From Nemertoderma westbladi (taxonomy: Eukaryota; Animalia; Xenacoelomorpha), in contig JAUCBJ010004643.1 in NCBI GenBank assembly GCA_032718475.1, positions 1 through 64,000 of the forward strand: a stretch of 64,000 nucleotides of DNA, written 5' to 3'. The notes under the pieces were generated by a model that did no database searches, was not told the DNA's origin, and worked only from the letters and a program-made list of their open reading frames with translations. The position numbers and the translations under genes were made by a program. Shown one piece after another: positions 49,161-62,229 of this stretch (position 1 is the stretch's first letter; the number at the start of each line of letters is the position of its first letter).

Positions 49161-51590
49161 CTAGTTTTTTAAACTTTTGTATAGTCTTTTTCTCCACAGC
49201 ATGAGCCACTTTACTAGGAGGGCTGTAGGGCAGTAGGAGGGCAATACAATTGTATCAGAAGGGTTTGGGTTGTGGTCGGTGTATCCGCCGGTCGAGGTAC
49301 CCGGTTGATCAATATCCATAGGAGGTCCACTTCTCTCCTGTGGTGGAATTGCGATATCGACATATTTATCGGAGGACCCAAGGGATCGAGGGTGCATAAC
49401 CTTTAAGGCCCGTCTCAGGACAGCAGCTTGTACTGGTCCTGCTTTAGTCATTTGTGCGACTGCCATGGGTGGACCGTGAGTAGTGAGGAATTTTCGGGGT
49501 TTAACAGTTCTTTCTAATTCCCATTCCCTCTCCTTGTACTCATAAGGACATCTGTGGAATTTTTGCAATTCAGGGTGCTCATTTATAAATGTCTCACCAT
49601 ATTCAAGGTCTCGGTTAAAAAACCGATCAAGTTAGAAGAATCAAGATTATTTGGATTAATATTTCTCAAATATTTTCTGACATATTTGGTGGAAATACAC
49701 TCACCAACGCGTTTTATTAATTCGTAGTTGGGAACACGAGTTTTCTGTTCGACTTGGGGAAAGAGATAGGGGTGAAATGCATACACTCCTTCATAAGCTA
49801 GTCCTGGATAATATCAATGGCGCAACTCACAGTGAAGATCTGCGGTAGCTTCCCAAGCTCGTATGTATCGAAGTACAATCTACTCGTCTATGCTTTCGAT
49901 GTCTTGGCTAAAAGGGCAATCCCAACTAGTGTGTCCTTTTAGTTGGCAGTAATGACACTGTGTCATAAACTGGGGGCAGACAGCGAAGATATGCTTATTA
50001 TTAACGCGACAATAAGCACAATAAATCTCCAAGGACAGTTCTCTTACAGCTTGTACCTGCTGAGGTAATTTACGTTTGTCTAAAACATCGTCAGTTTCCT
50101 TTCTGATCTTTTGACGGATCGCTTCAAGTGCATTCCGTACTACACTTTCTTCCACTTCAGTAACAAATTGGATTGGTGCCAAACCAGACCGATTATACAG
50201 GTTGAATGGGGTAAGCATATGTCCTCGTCCCAATCCGGCTGGCTATATAGGGCGAATATCCAAAGAACCAACATCTGAGACACCACCGATTAGTTGTTCT
50301 GGTAAAACCAGATCTTTGAACAAAGAATATAACTCAGGAGGGTCAGTTATACTTTTAGGAGCGAGAGTTTGTGGTCGCACCGAGGGGTGAGGGGGTCTGA
50401 TGGAGTATTCTGGAACTCTGATCATAGGTTTACTCAAGGATCATTTGAGTTGAGCGATCATGGATTGCACGTCGAACAGATGTCGCTCAAAACTCCCGTA
50501 AGTATAGCGCGTGAAACTATGTTTAGTGCAATGTCTCCGCGGATGCTTATAGTGTTCCATTTTTTGATTGGGCATTTGTCACAATAATACCAAAGACGCA
50601 CATCTTGTAGGTGAAATGCTGGCAACCTTTCTCCCATTTTGCAGTATTCTTCCATCTGTTCAAAGCTGTCCAGTACAGCAGGTAGCGGTCGATTCGCTAT
50701 AAGGTACATCATAGTAAATTATAATCATTTAAGTTCGAACATAGGGCATACCTTGAGGATATTGAGTTTCCAAGTTCTGTTGACTAGCAATATTGGGATA
50801 AGTTTCTCGCAGGAACTCCAAATATTCATAAAAGTTCTTGCATTTGTCGGGCTCTTCCACATCTTCTCTTTCGAGACGATTTCTAATAGAGGTTTCATGT
50901 TCGATCTACAGCTTGTCATTCCGACTCCATTGTGCATGAAATTTGAATAGAATCATCTCCGTTTCTGTATCCAAATCATCAGTATCATGTAAATCGATAG
51001 GATGACCAGTAGTTAGGAAATCCATATACGTATCATTTTGATGCGTATAGCGCGAGGTGAATTTTCTATAATCGAATTCGGGCTTAAGCTGTTCCTCTGT
51101 CATCGGTGGTTTGATGTAACATCCATCATCGGCTGTTATAGGTTGACTAGTGTCACCACTCAACAAACTATCGGGAAGCGCTTGTAGAGGTTGCATATAT
51201 TTATCCTTAATACTAAGGTCTTCCTCTATCAATTCAGTCATAATATGTGTGGGAGTTTATCGATAATAATACAGGCTAGCGAGCGTCGCTGCCTATATCA
51301 GGCTTCCAACTGGCTCCCGGACAGCCTGAGATCCTCAGCGCTGATGTACTGTCGTCACTGTGCCTCTTGCCAATGTAGTAGCTATACAACGTCAACAATA
51401 ACCAGTGCGAGTCACTCCACTGTCCCTCCCAAGGGCTCCAAGATACCAGAGAGAGATAATTATCGCAGGTAAGGGATGACTTTCTCAATTGCGGCTCGCT
51501 ACTGTAAACACACTTTAGTAGTAACATTCACCTATAAATACCCAAATTCGACTTTCATGCCACAATTCGCACAATTTGGGGCCATTTGTC
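49161..51590 (-). pseudogene. Decayed ~2.4-kb ORF with CCHC zinc knuckles, downstream of the BEL/Pao pol on the same strand
   Basis: Chain of abutting minus-strand ORF fragments; CAYCRVNNKHIFAVC and CHYCQLKGHTSWDC at ~49920-50025; further CxxC pairs (CDKC, CSTC, CANC). Confidence 0.6.
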
Positions 51591-52739
51591 CATTAGTCAA
51601 ATGCCTTCCAGAATGTCACATTGTTGTTGTGTATCCTTAGATACTATACACTATGCATTCTATTCAATGAGGCAAGCTTTCTATTGTTCTCTGACCCTAT
51701 TTAATTCTAGCGTTGTTGTTGCTAAGGTGACATTATGCAAGGCTAGCAGTAGAGATTAGGGTATTTCTCATGCACCCAGATTTGGGATGCTATTTAATAG
51801 CGACTCTAGGGTTATTATTATTCCCTTTATATGTGATGTTTATGAATTTTGTCGGCTATTTAAATGCACACTAGGGGATTCTCTCACACTTGTTGCAATA
51901 AGGTGAATCTCCGCTCCCGTGATCTATTAATTGACTAATTTTGGGGAACATTTTAATAATTGTCTTAAATTGACAATTTTATTTAATTCATGAGAGGATA
52001 TGAATTTAATTTATTCCCGTGAATTTTATTATTTTAAATTAGGATGGGCACCGATTTATTCCAGAACATGTCTGGGGACATTAACCATTGATTCTATAAA
52101 TTTTGTCTTTTAAGTATATCAGTGGGTGCAATGATATATTAATAGACTAGAATTTCAGATAGTCAAAGGGTTTAACAGATTTGCTTAAGCAGATTTACTG
52201 TTAAATTGACATCTTCTACTATACGTATTACTTTAGGACTACGGTATGAGAGCAATATTGCAATAAGCAATGTCAGTGAGAAGAGGCAAGTCATTTCCAA
52301 GGTCTACCCAGAGCTTGGTTTAGCCGAGACACGAGGATCTGAACTTTGCATTCCTAATATACTCTACTTTTACCAATAATACCTAAAGTACAGTAGAACC
52401 AAGGTAGATTGTACTTTAATAAGTAATTCATCTTACTGTATTCACGTATTTATAATAATATACAGACAGTAAGGAAGGGAGAAAAAATGAAATTATTTCC
52501 TATCGTTAACTAAAATATGTGTATTGTAACACTAATTAATATAAACTACGTAAGGCATTGCACTCATTTACTGAATAAATTATAGAATTATTCTACTAAA
52601 TAAAATTAAATAAAATGATTATATTAATATAAAATTACATAGTAAGGCGTACATAAATATAAAAATAAAGACAAATAAAATAATTTAAAGGTTGTCACAA
52701 ACCCACTCCCATAAATAATGAATTATTTAGTACATAGAT

Positions 52740-55700
52740 GTTTATTGGATCTGGGAGGTAGTCGTCGGTAGAGTGTCTTGTTTACCGTAGTTCCTGGATA
52801 ACTCTCGGTCTCACTCTAATAGACATAGACGACCAACTGGGCGATTGAGTTGTTGCATCTCAAAGACTATTCCTTTTTTCTTATAATTATGCCTCATCAC
52901 TATGAGTTCTACCGATTGCACTAAACCGTCATCGGATATATGGGTCTTGATGATACGACCTATCTGCCACCTCTTGCGGGGAAGATCTGACTCGACTATT
53001 TGACCATGTCTCCGGAGCTGATATTTTCTTGCTGCTCAAACCATTTAGTTCTGAGTTGCAGCGTCGGAAGATAGTATTTCTTGAAGTGATCTGCGAAATG
53101 GTAGGATAACAACGGCATAAGTTGCCAAGTCTGTTTGCTGTATTCATCCCCATCATTAATATCTGAAGCGGAAAGCATGGCCACCGGCTTCTTGAGTAGA
53201 AAATGCGCGGGTGTTAATGCTTCAAGGGAATCTGGACTCGAGGAGACTGGCATAAGCGGTCTCTCATTCACTTAGGCGGCGATTTCTTCCAACAGCATTT
53301 GCAGGAGTTCATCAGTGAGATACGCGCGGCAGGGCACTACAAAGTCAAATGCAGTCTTGACACTGCGTATAAGTCTCTCCCAACTTCCTACCCACCAAGG
53401 AGCATCTTTGGCGTTGAAGGCCCAGCTGGATGCTGTCACTTTCAGCTGATTGTCTGCCTGTCTTTGGTTCCAGTCGTTGACATAAGCTTTAATCTCGTTG
53501 TTGGCTCCGATGAAGTTTGTACCTTCCGATCGCATGGTGTTGCTAATCCCAAAACGAGCGATTTGTCGGCGCAAACTGAGTGTGAAACTATTGGTAAATA
53601 AATCATTCACCATTGTCCAGATGAATCGCTCTACAAGTCATACAAACAAATATAATGCACCATTGCTTGACTATAGTTCTAGCGCGATACACTTCAATAG
53701 GGCCCAATAAATCCACACCGGTATTAGTAAAGGGTGGTTCATAACAGCTTACTCTTTCCCTAGGTAATTCTGCCTCTCGCTGGGTTAAAGGCCTACAAAA
53801 TGCTTTCCTACAGGGTATACAGTTCCTAAGAACTTGATTTAGCGCTTTCGTGGATTATTAAAATAATAGCGGGCTTTAACTTTGCTAAGAACTCGTTCCC
53901 TACCGGCATGATAAAGCCTACTGTGTACATCTACAATCATCTTGATTTGTATCTCAAGATTTCTAACTAGTATGGGAAAGAGAGGGGTGCATTGGTTAAT
54001 CTCCCTCCAACACATATTAATCCATCAGATATCATGCTAGAAAATGAATCCTTTAAGCGCATCTGCGGATTTCTCAACAACAGGAAATACTTCTCAGGAT
54101 CCTCATGATATTGTAGAAGTCTCAGTAGTTGCTTGTAGGTATCATCATGCTCCTGGTAAGTGATATTGTCAGCAAGAAACTTGTTAGATAGCCAATAAGT
54201 GGGAAGGTCTTTGATGGCATTGACCTCTTTGACTACTCCTGGGATGGCGTCACCGGTTGTCGTAGGCTTGGAATAGTGATGATGGAAACACAGTTTTAAA
54301 TAGGTTATGGCTTTACAAAGCCTATTCCAAGAACTATAATATGCCATTGCTCTCTGAATAATAGGAGAGATTCCTTCAGAGACATCAGGTATACCAGTCT
54401 TCCAATCTCGCTCTCGAGTACTAACAACCGCCTTACCTGGGACTCGCTTAGGATCTTTAGATATTTCCTCGTTATGATCCTTATTGGAGTCATCGGCCGA
54501 ATGCAGTACCAACAGATCTATCGCCGGTTTGAACAGTTTGGATTTACCTGTCCGAGTTTTTGGTTTAACGGTCTCCGCTTCCTTGGCTTGTCTGATCTCA
54601 GCAGCAGTAAGATGGGGGGGGGGGGGGGCATTCCTCCTTTTTACTTAGGATGTCAGGGCCACCTAACCAATCTGGCTATCTGTCAGTTCCTTAGGTGTAG
54701 CTCCTATGGAGGCAATGTCATCAGCTGGATTAATAGTCCCAGGGCAATGTCTCCATTGGTCTATATTCGTGCAACTAAGTATAACATCTACTTGGTTAGT
54801 GACAAAGGCGCTGAACTTGCAGACTTCGTTAGTAAGATATTCTAGAACGAGTAATGCATCTGTCCAATCTATCGTAAGAGCTAAGAGCTAAGAACTCTAT
54901 CGTAAGAGTTAGGTTCCACAGCCTCTTGGGTAAAGAATCGCAGTGCGTGTTAATCGCTCAGTTTAGAATTATATCGCTCCACTACCTCGTTTAGCTCGTC
55001 ATCCTCATAGACCAACAACTCTTTGTTCTGTTGTATTAAATTACGCAGTTCGGTTTGTTTTGTCCAAGTTTCATTCTCGGTGAGGGGTTCGATCGTATTG
55101 TCCTCATCGTACAACACTTGAATTTTGTCGTTATCTGATTAGCATGGAGTTTCCTCAGCTGAAATAACCTCATTGTTCACAGTTTCCACACTCTCACATA
55201 CCTGATTAATATGTTCGTTTTTCATCCTTTCTCGGAGAGTGCGTCCGGATGGTCCCGTGAAGTACCAACCCACCCTAGTTCGTCCCGCGTAGGTTTGTAG
55301 AGGCTGTGGTCGAGTAGGTCGCTTTTTCAGTGTCTCTAGCGCCTCATGCGCATTCTATCTGAGTAGCATCTGGACTCCAGGATAGTCAGTCTTGAATCTG
55401 GGGACTCTATACCGCTGGGCAAAGGTGTTCTCGTCCCAGTTATAAGGTTCTACCTGACTGGTGGCAAAGTTCTTAATAGCTACCATTTTAATAGACCTAA
55501 GATTGTCGTTACCAGATTTATCCTGTGGCTAGATAGTGATCCCACATAGAAGTCCGTCAATACTGTAGATTTCCATACCTGCATGATCCTGGAAAGGTTA
55601 AGCTTAATTTGAAATTTCTCCTGGCCTGCAAATATGTCCTCGGCTAAAACTTTGTTGATAAAGGTGCCTGTACTACCTGAATCTAGGAGGGCTTTAATAA

Positions 55701-58300
55701 TCAATCTCTTACCATGTCCATGTATCCTGAGCTGCACCACGGGAAATTCTCTTATGCCAATAGATGGTTGTGAGACCTTCCACGAGAAATGTTTATCTGG
55801 AATGGATAGTTGGATTTCCTCTCCATCGGTTGCCACCTCATGGGTAAGGGCTCTATATACGGCTGTGTTGATCATGTAACATGATTCGTTTTCATCAGAA
55901 AACTCGTCCATATAGAATCCTTCCTTCTCCGAACTCTGGTCAGTATCATTCACGTCACTGAACTGGAAGTGCAACTCTGCTTCACTCACCTTATCAAACT
56001 CGCTATGTAATAACGAGTGATGTTTAGCTCCACATTTAGCACACCTAGCGTCTGAATAGCAAGTTTTCCTCTGATCACCTCTACTCAAACAATTGTAACA
56101 TACCCTCTTATCCCAAGTTACACTATGCCTGTCCTTAAGGTCTTTTTTCAAGAATTCCTCTACTTACTTAAATGATGGGGCCCTTCGCATGACACAAACT
56201 TACGCTTAAGATTGTTTACCTTTTGTTGGACTGTGTTCTGTACACGAGTTATTTCTTTGGGCTTCTTACTAGTAATCCTCTTGGGTGACATCGGACGAGT
56301 CTTAAGTTGTTCTCCCTTTTTGTTATTATGCCGAACTTTGGGTTTTCCTATGTCCTTACCTTTATTTATTTGTGTAATAGCTGTCGGCAGTGTCTTGTAT
56401 ACTGTCCTCATCGTATGAGATATGACTCTCATACTCGGTGTAACATACAGGAGTTACTCTTTTCCTAGCAACTGGTTTCTTGCTTACCTTAGTTTCAGGA
56501 GTCTTCTCTCTAGACTGTTTAATTAGCTGTAATCTTACCTCTCCTGTTAGGAAAGACATAAGGTCTGCCATTGTAGGATTCCTGATTCCATTACTAGGGA
56601 ACCTCCTGGGCGCTACTAATTTCGCATACAAGTATCTAGCTATGTTAGTCCTATTACCATACCTGATATTGAGTGTATCCCAAACTTGTTATAATCTGTC
56701 ATGATATCCAATGAACTTTAATGCCATCAATTTGGGGGGACCTTCCAAGCACTCGATGAGGAATTGTAACTTTTCTCCGTTTGATAATACAGACGGCACA
56801 TAGCAGGCACATATGGGATATCATTATAAGTTGGTTTATTAAAACAATTAGTATGGTTTGCTGTAGGGGTTTCCACTTCACTAGCAGTATAGATGCGTAT
56901 AGGCTCTACACGATTCAGACCTAAGAGGTTGAAAAGCAGTTACAGGGGGTGGTTGTATACCCTTTTTTTTATGTTTACTAACTTATCGCTTTCTAGAGCG
57001 ATGCATTGCTGTTCTTCTTGCAACTCTAATTTATTATCTCGTACTGTTCCCTTCAGTGAGTTGACAGTACCTTCCAAATCCCTCAACTGCTCCACAGATT
57101 GGACTGGTCCGGGAGCCGCCAATGGATTGGCTGGATGGCCCGTTGGGGCGACAGGGGACAACCCTTTCCCGAACGATTTTCATTCTCTGGGCTTACTGCC
57201 AATCTGGGATACTGGCATTTGGCTACTGGTCAAGGGAGTATTTGTACTTTCTAAAGGGAATCCTAGAGTCAGGTTCAAACAGTATTGGAGTCTTCACTAA
57301 TGGAGTAGACTTAATAATAGGTGTAATTACTTCAGGCTTATCTAGAATAGTGGGAAGCCTATCAGACTCCACTACCTGGGTTATTAACCCACCAGTGTTT
57401 AGATCCGTGCTCACCAATTCTCTTCTCACTGGAGCAGCCTTTCTCTTTGCCTCAGCGGGTTCAACCTCTAATTTCGCCTTTGAGTCGATTAGTCTCTGCT
57501 TCACTTCTCTAGCATTCTCTAATGCTATGAGAGCTCCTTCATTTTCTTTAGCCTGCTCGGTGGCTTGCCTTTCTAAGTACAGTACGTCTAGTATGTGTTG
57601 GGCTGCTTCACTACGTGGGTGTAGACCAGCTAGATGTCTCCTTAACTCCTGGTCTCCTATGAATCGTTGGTAATCCAACAAATAAATGTCAACAGCGTCT
57701 CTCTTTGGTTGCCCTTCGGGTGCTGCCTCGCCTTCTTCATAAGAAAGAATGGTGTCAGTGGATTCCCCGTAAACGAGTTGATCTGCTAACTGAGCTTTCC
57801 ATGTGGTTGTTCCTTGAACTTTGTTCTTCACTCGTTGAAACAAAGTCTTTACTGCCACCTGCAGTGATGTATCTTGACTCCTCTTTGAGGCTTCTTCGAA
57901 TGCCGACAGAATTAATCTAATTCTTAATATCTGCTCCAGTCTTCCTAAGGTTTCCAGTCGCCCTAAGGAGTTAAAGAATCCCTGGACATGCCCTGCTGCT
58001 GACCTCTTCCATACCGCCGGATCTCAGGTATCTCTAACCACGCTCAGCTGATATAGATCTTCCCAGGAAACTTCCAAAAAGTTGAAAGGTATTCTGGGTC
58101 CGGGAAAGTCCCATTGAGTTTCCACAATGGACTCTGATTCTCCGTGCGAGTACCCGGCATAACTCTCCTTGGTCAATCGCTTATTCTGTATCCAATCTGC
58201 CAAGTATTCTTCTATGGCTAGAAGAACTTGAGTGAGCATTCTTCCAGGAAGAGAGAATAGTTGCCTTAGGAGGGCATTAATCTGTGATTCGAGCTACCAC
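52740..58300 (-). mobile_element. Degenerate BEL/Pao LTR retrotransposon gag-pol; RT apparently deleted; LTRs not found
   Basis: Triple gag knuckles (CYNCLSRG..C..RCAKCGAKHHSLLH), protease ALLDSGSTGTFI, linker RTRVGWYFTGP, YSSWNRL, DGLICVGGRL, integrase TGVDLLGP / GTNFIGA / APWWVGSWERLIRSVK / NERPL..LEALTPAHFL; many stops and frameshifts. Confidence 0.88.
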
Positions 58301-58648
58301 AAGCTATCTAGCTACAGTATAAGGACAACGACACTATTGTATGGATGCCCATTACAGTCACTAAACATCTCATTACACTTGTTGCTTCCTTGTACTCATA
58401 TAATAATGCCAAATTAAAACTAAATTGGGAAAAACAACGGTTTTTTTGCTTCTTTTATTCTTTTGACATGTCCATTAGTGTGACTGTGATCTACTTTATA
58501 AGGTAAAATTCCAGATTCAAATGTTTTCTGCGTTCATTTGTTTTCTTACAAACAATAATCGATAAAATTGAGTCATTCCAATGAGTTTGGTACATATTGT
58601 CTACTTGTCCAATGTTATTGCGCCAATAACAGATAAGTTATTTTCGGT

Positions 58649-59095
58649 ACTTATCATTCGAGGTTAAGACCCCTAGATCCCTTCCTATAATAAATGTATA
58701 ATAACAAACACCTCGAAAACACAGCTTGCCAACACATTGTCACTATCAATAGTAAAAATCAGGGGCTAATAAAATGGCAGCTGGCTTTGAAATTGGTACT
58801 CCATATCTCAAGAACCTGTGTCCTCTAGTGGTTATTGTCTCAGCTTCCACCTCGAGGTCCCAGGTTCAAATCCGACACCACGCTGAATAGACCCAGTAAT
58901 GTCGAAACGCGAATGTGGTTTGGAGAGATATGAGATATTAATTTCAATAAAAATTACGCGATTCCTAAATTTGTACACTACCCAGTTAAAAAGTACGCAT
59001 GTGGTGGGATTAGTGCATTAATCCTACAATTGGGCCAATAACACTTATCATTCGAGGTTAAGACCCCTAGATCCCTTCCTATAATAAATGTATAA
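58649..59095 (+). repeat. 53-bp perfect direct repeat (58649-58701, 59042-59094) enclosing a tRNA-like SINE head
   Basis: acttatcattcgaggttaagacccctagatcccttcctataataaatgtataa occurs twice; between them are A-box-like tagtggtta (~58826) and B-box ggttcaaatcc (~58863). Confidence 0.6.
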
Positions 59096-59467
59096 AAACT
59101 CGATATGGTATCCATTTGATAATATCGTTTATGTAATGAAGTAGAAAAGACCAATGTGTAAAGACGCCACCCGGGGTCTACAGTACCGTACTGAAAATGA
59201 CACTATTCAGCTTTTATAACCCTTGTAATTATGTATAAGACCCTATTATGTAACCCTCGTTCGGTGCATAAATACACTCGGGCCATAACCCTGAAAAGTA
59301 CCACTTTTCGCACAATTATATAAAATGCAAAGTCATTACTATTAGCATTGTTTATTATGTATTTGAATACATATAGTATATACCGGTACTATAGGCCTAT
59401 ATATTCTACAGCAAAATTAATAATAATCAGAAGGAAATCAATATCTATGAAAAATATGTCCAGGATT

Positions 59468-60994
59468 TCAATTTTTTTTACCACTCAATTTTTCCTTTAC
59501 AATGGTTGAGAATCTGTCCAGAAACATGTTGATGTGGTACTCCTGCAAAGTCAGTGACGGTCGTGTTCTAATCGATCGCTCACCGCATCCACCAACCACC
59601 ACGCCTTCTGAACGCAATTTAGCTATCACTGAGTCTTTAATCCCAGGTGTTACCATATCCACCGCACATAAAGTTCCTGCTCCCCTTACATTAGATACGA
59701 AGTTGGGGTACGTCACTGAAAGTTCCAACAATCCCTTTTTGAGAAGGTCCCCAGCTTTTCGCGCATTATTCAACAAATCCTTGGACTTCATTTCTTTTAA
59801 GAATGCTTCAAGAAGGACAACTTTCGATGGATCTCCAACCCAGGTGTTGTATATCCTAAACGGCAGATCAGGTCTGTAATCCTTTTTGTAATAATATCCT
59901 CCAGTCATCAATTTCTTGCTGAATGTCACCATGTCTGGCGATTCAGGAAGATCAAACAGTTCGTGCATCCACATCTCCCCACTGGCGCCACCACCTGTCT
60001 GAACTTCATCCATAATCAATGCAACATTGTTTGATTTACATATACGTTGAAGAGAGCGAAAGAAATTACCAGAGGCGTGTTTATCACCCCCTTCGGCCTG
60101 CATTGGTTCTACAATCACCCCGGCAACAGGACAGTGACAACTCCACCTTTCAATAAGATCTTCGACCATCGCTAAACATCGCTCTTCTTCTTTCTTATTC
60201 TCAACAATGTACTCATCAAGCGGGTATTGCAGTTGTGGAAAATCCGCAATTGGCCAATCAAATGCAGGCACATCTAGTTTGTGGATTGGCTTCGAATGAG
60301 TGCACGATAATGTACCTAGAAGTCTACCGTGGAATGCACCTGCAAATGATAGTATCGAGAGCTTTGGGCATCCAGGTGACTGATTAATCAGGGCAGAGTC
60401 CAGATCCTCCTTACTCGCAGGCTGATTGTCCCGTTTGTTAATCATATAGCTTATGAATGCTTGTTTCATAGCATTCTCATTAGAACATGTCCCACACGCC
60501 ATCTGTTGCACTTCATTTAGCCCATTTGGAGCTACAGACATCAAAGTATCTACCAAACGGCTCGGAAAACTATTTGGTGGGAACGATGATAGAGCTGGTC
60601 TGTTTGCAAATAAGGCTATGTTTTTGGGATCTATCACTGCTTCCAATAGGGCAGGATGGTTGTACCCCAACGGAATGGAGCTGATCTGCATGAACAGATC
60701 GAGAAGACGGTTACCATCGGCATCTACAATAAAATTTCCGTGGCTCTTCTCATAATCAACAAAAAAGGTCACGGCCCCAGCATTTTGTAATTTCCCGAGC
60801 TCTTTATGTAGTTGGTTTGTTTTCGGTCCTGGACATTCTGACACCATGTGAATGGAATCGTGGTCGTTTGGGAAGATTGTGTGATGAGTTGGATGATTGT
60901 TAGGGAATACGTTTCCTGTAGTTACTCGACGAGATGAGACAGTCAATGTCTTTCCAGGGCTACATATATTTCGGTACAATAGATTGCCAGACAT
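59468..60994 (-). CDS. ABAT: 4-aminobutyrate aminotransferase, mitochondrial (canonical copy 2), intronless, 508 aa
   Basis: All hallmark motifs present: QISSIPLGYNHP, MACGTCSNENA, INQSPGCPKLSILSF, FHGR, DEVQTGGG, TFSKK, RIYNTWVGDPSK, SIRTRP. Confidence 0.96.
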   Translation of the reverse strand: MSGNLLYRNICSPGKTLTVSSRRVTTGNVFPNNHPTHHTIFPNDHDSIHMVSECPGPKTNQLHKELGKLQNAGAVTFFVDYEKSHGNFIVDADGNRLLDLFMQISSIPLGYNHPALLEAVIDPKNIALFANRPALSSFPPNSFPSRLVDTLMSVAPNGLNEVQQMACGTCSNENAMKQAFISYMINKRDNQPASKEDLDSALINQSPGCPKLSILSFAGAFHGRLLGTLSCTHSKPIHKLDVPAFDWPIADFPQLQYPLDEYIVENKKEEERCLAMVEDLIERWSCHCPVAGVIVEPMQAEGGDKHASGNFFRSLQRICKSNNVALIMDEVQTGGGASGEMWMHELFDLPESPDMVTFSKKLMTGGYYYKKDYRPDLPFRIYNTWVGDPSKVVLLEAFLKEMKSKDLLNNARKAGDLLKKGLLELSVTYPNFVSNVRGAGTLCAVDMVTPGIKDSVIAKLRSEGVVVGGCGERSIRTRPSLTLQEYHINMFLDRFSTIVKEKLSGKKN

Positions 60995-61020
60995 CCTAAG
61001 AGAAGCATAATAAAAACTAT
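60995..61020 (-). promoter_or_regulatory. Candidate 3' splice acceptor 1 nt upstream of the ABAT copy 2 start codon
   Basis: Minus strand reads tttttattatgcttctcttAG|G ATG (pyrimidine tract + TAG/G). Confidence 0.45.
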
Positions 61021-61511
61021 TAATTCAAAGTGAATCATTTATACAAATGAATAAAGATTAAAAAATCCTTATAGCAGTAGAAGTTCAACTGCTGCTCTAA
61101 TAATCGATTCCAATGTATTCTACAGTATGTGACATACAAATCCAGACCAGCCCATTCAACACCTACTGTAGGTCTACCCTGCCTTTGACTTATTACCTAC
61201 GCATGTATGTAATTGAAAGAAAAGCAACGTATTTTCATAAAATATTTAGACATTTTATGTTCAAAGACACATCCATGGTGGATGTTCTAGGACAGTGTGT
61301 TTATACCCGCTGTCATATCGTCAGTCAGCATCGTAATTCGTTGATTTTCTGGTATTTAGGCTTACTGGTACTATCAGTCATTAGACATACCACTTCTCGA
61401 TAGAGGCGGCACGGTAGGCCTACTAACTGGAAGCCAAGGTGGGATCATCTACCCAGTACCGGTACTATATGGTATAATGTACGGCGAGCAATGGGGTACC
61501 TACTAAAATAT

Positions 61512-61812
61512 AAAACGACCTGAAACGATCTGAAACGACCTGAAACGACCCGGAAGGACCTGAAACGGGCTGAAACGTCCACGAAACGACCGGAAACGAC
61601 CACAAAAACGACCTAAGAAACCTGAAACGACGATCACAAAAACTGCCTAGAATGTGCTAAACCATGGTAAACTTAGTTCACGACCATGAAATGACCTGAA
61701 ACGAGCTCAAACGAACACAAAAATGGCCTACACTGTGCTAAACCATGGTAAGCTTAGATTACAACCTGAAACGACCATGCAACGTCCTGAAACGAGCACC
61801 AAAAACGACCCA
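61512..61812. repeat. Degenerate 10-bp tandem repeat (GAAACGACCT)
   Basis: aaacgacctgaaacgatctgaaacgacctgaaacgacc..., interleaved with a duplicated tgtgctaaaccatggtaa block. Confidence 0.8.
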
Positions 61813-62229
61813 GCAGGTAGTTTTCAGGTAACGTCCCGGCAGGTGATATGCTTTAGTATACCAGTCGCTCTATTGTATTGAGTATGTTGTTAGCGTATCC
61901 AATTCGCTGCACTTCCCAGCGGAAAGTGGGGAGAGTGGCTTTTTACCAATTATGGTTGATTAGGTGACATTACCAATATAATGTCACCTAACAATTGGCA
62001 CCTAGCAATATATAGTGCGAGCCACAGGGAGAGATGCCAGCACACAGCTCATCTCAGGGTAGAAGCTAGCATAGGAACAGGGGATAGATCGACCAATGGT
62101 GGGACAGCATGTGTCCAATTACAGCGCGTCCACTGGTTGGCCACACCTAGGTAATTAATGTGTCCCATGTAATATATAACCGTTACTCTGTCAATTGTAC
62201 TTTAGTTGGTATATTGGGGGTATATAACA

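Noticed and set aside
22152-54630. Scattered poly-G runs as functional G-quadruplex elements
   Set aside because: Simple homopolymers inside repeats; length is unreliable and there is no supporting context.
58815-58885. Functional tRNA gene
   Set aside because: A/B-box-like motifs are present but I could not fold a complete cloverleaf; more likely a SINE head.
58649-59095. 53-bp direct repeats as LTRs of the BEL/Pao element
   Set aside because: Both copies lie on the same side of the element, are too short, and have no counterpart near 48-49 kb or 52 kb.
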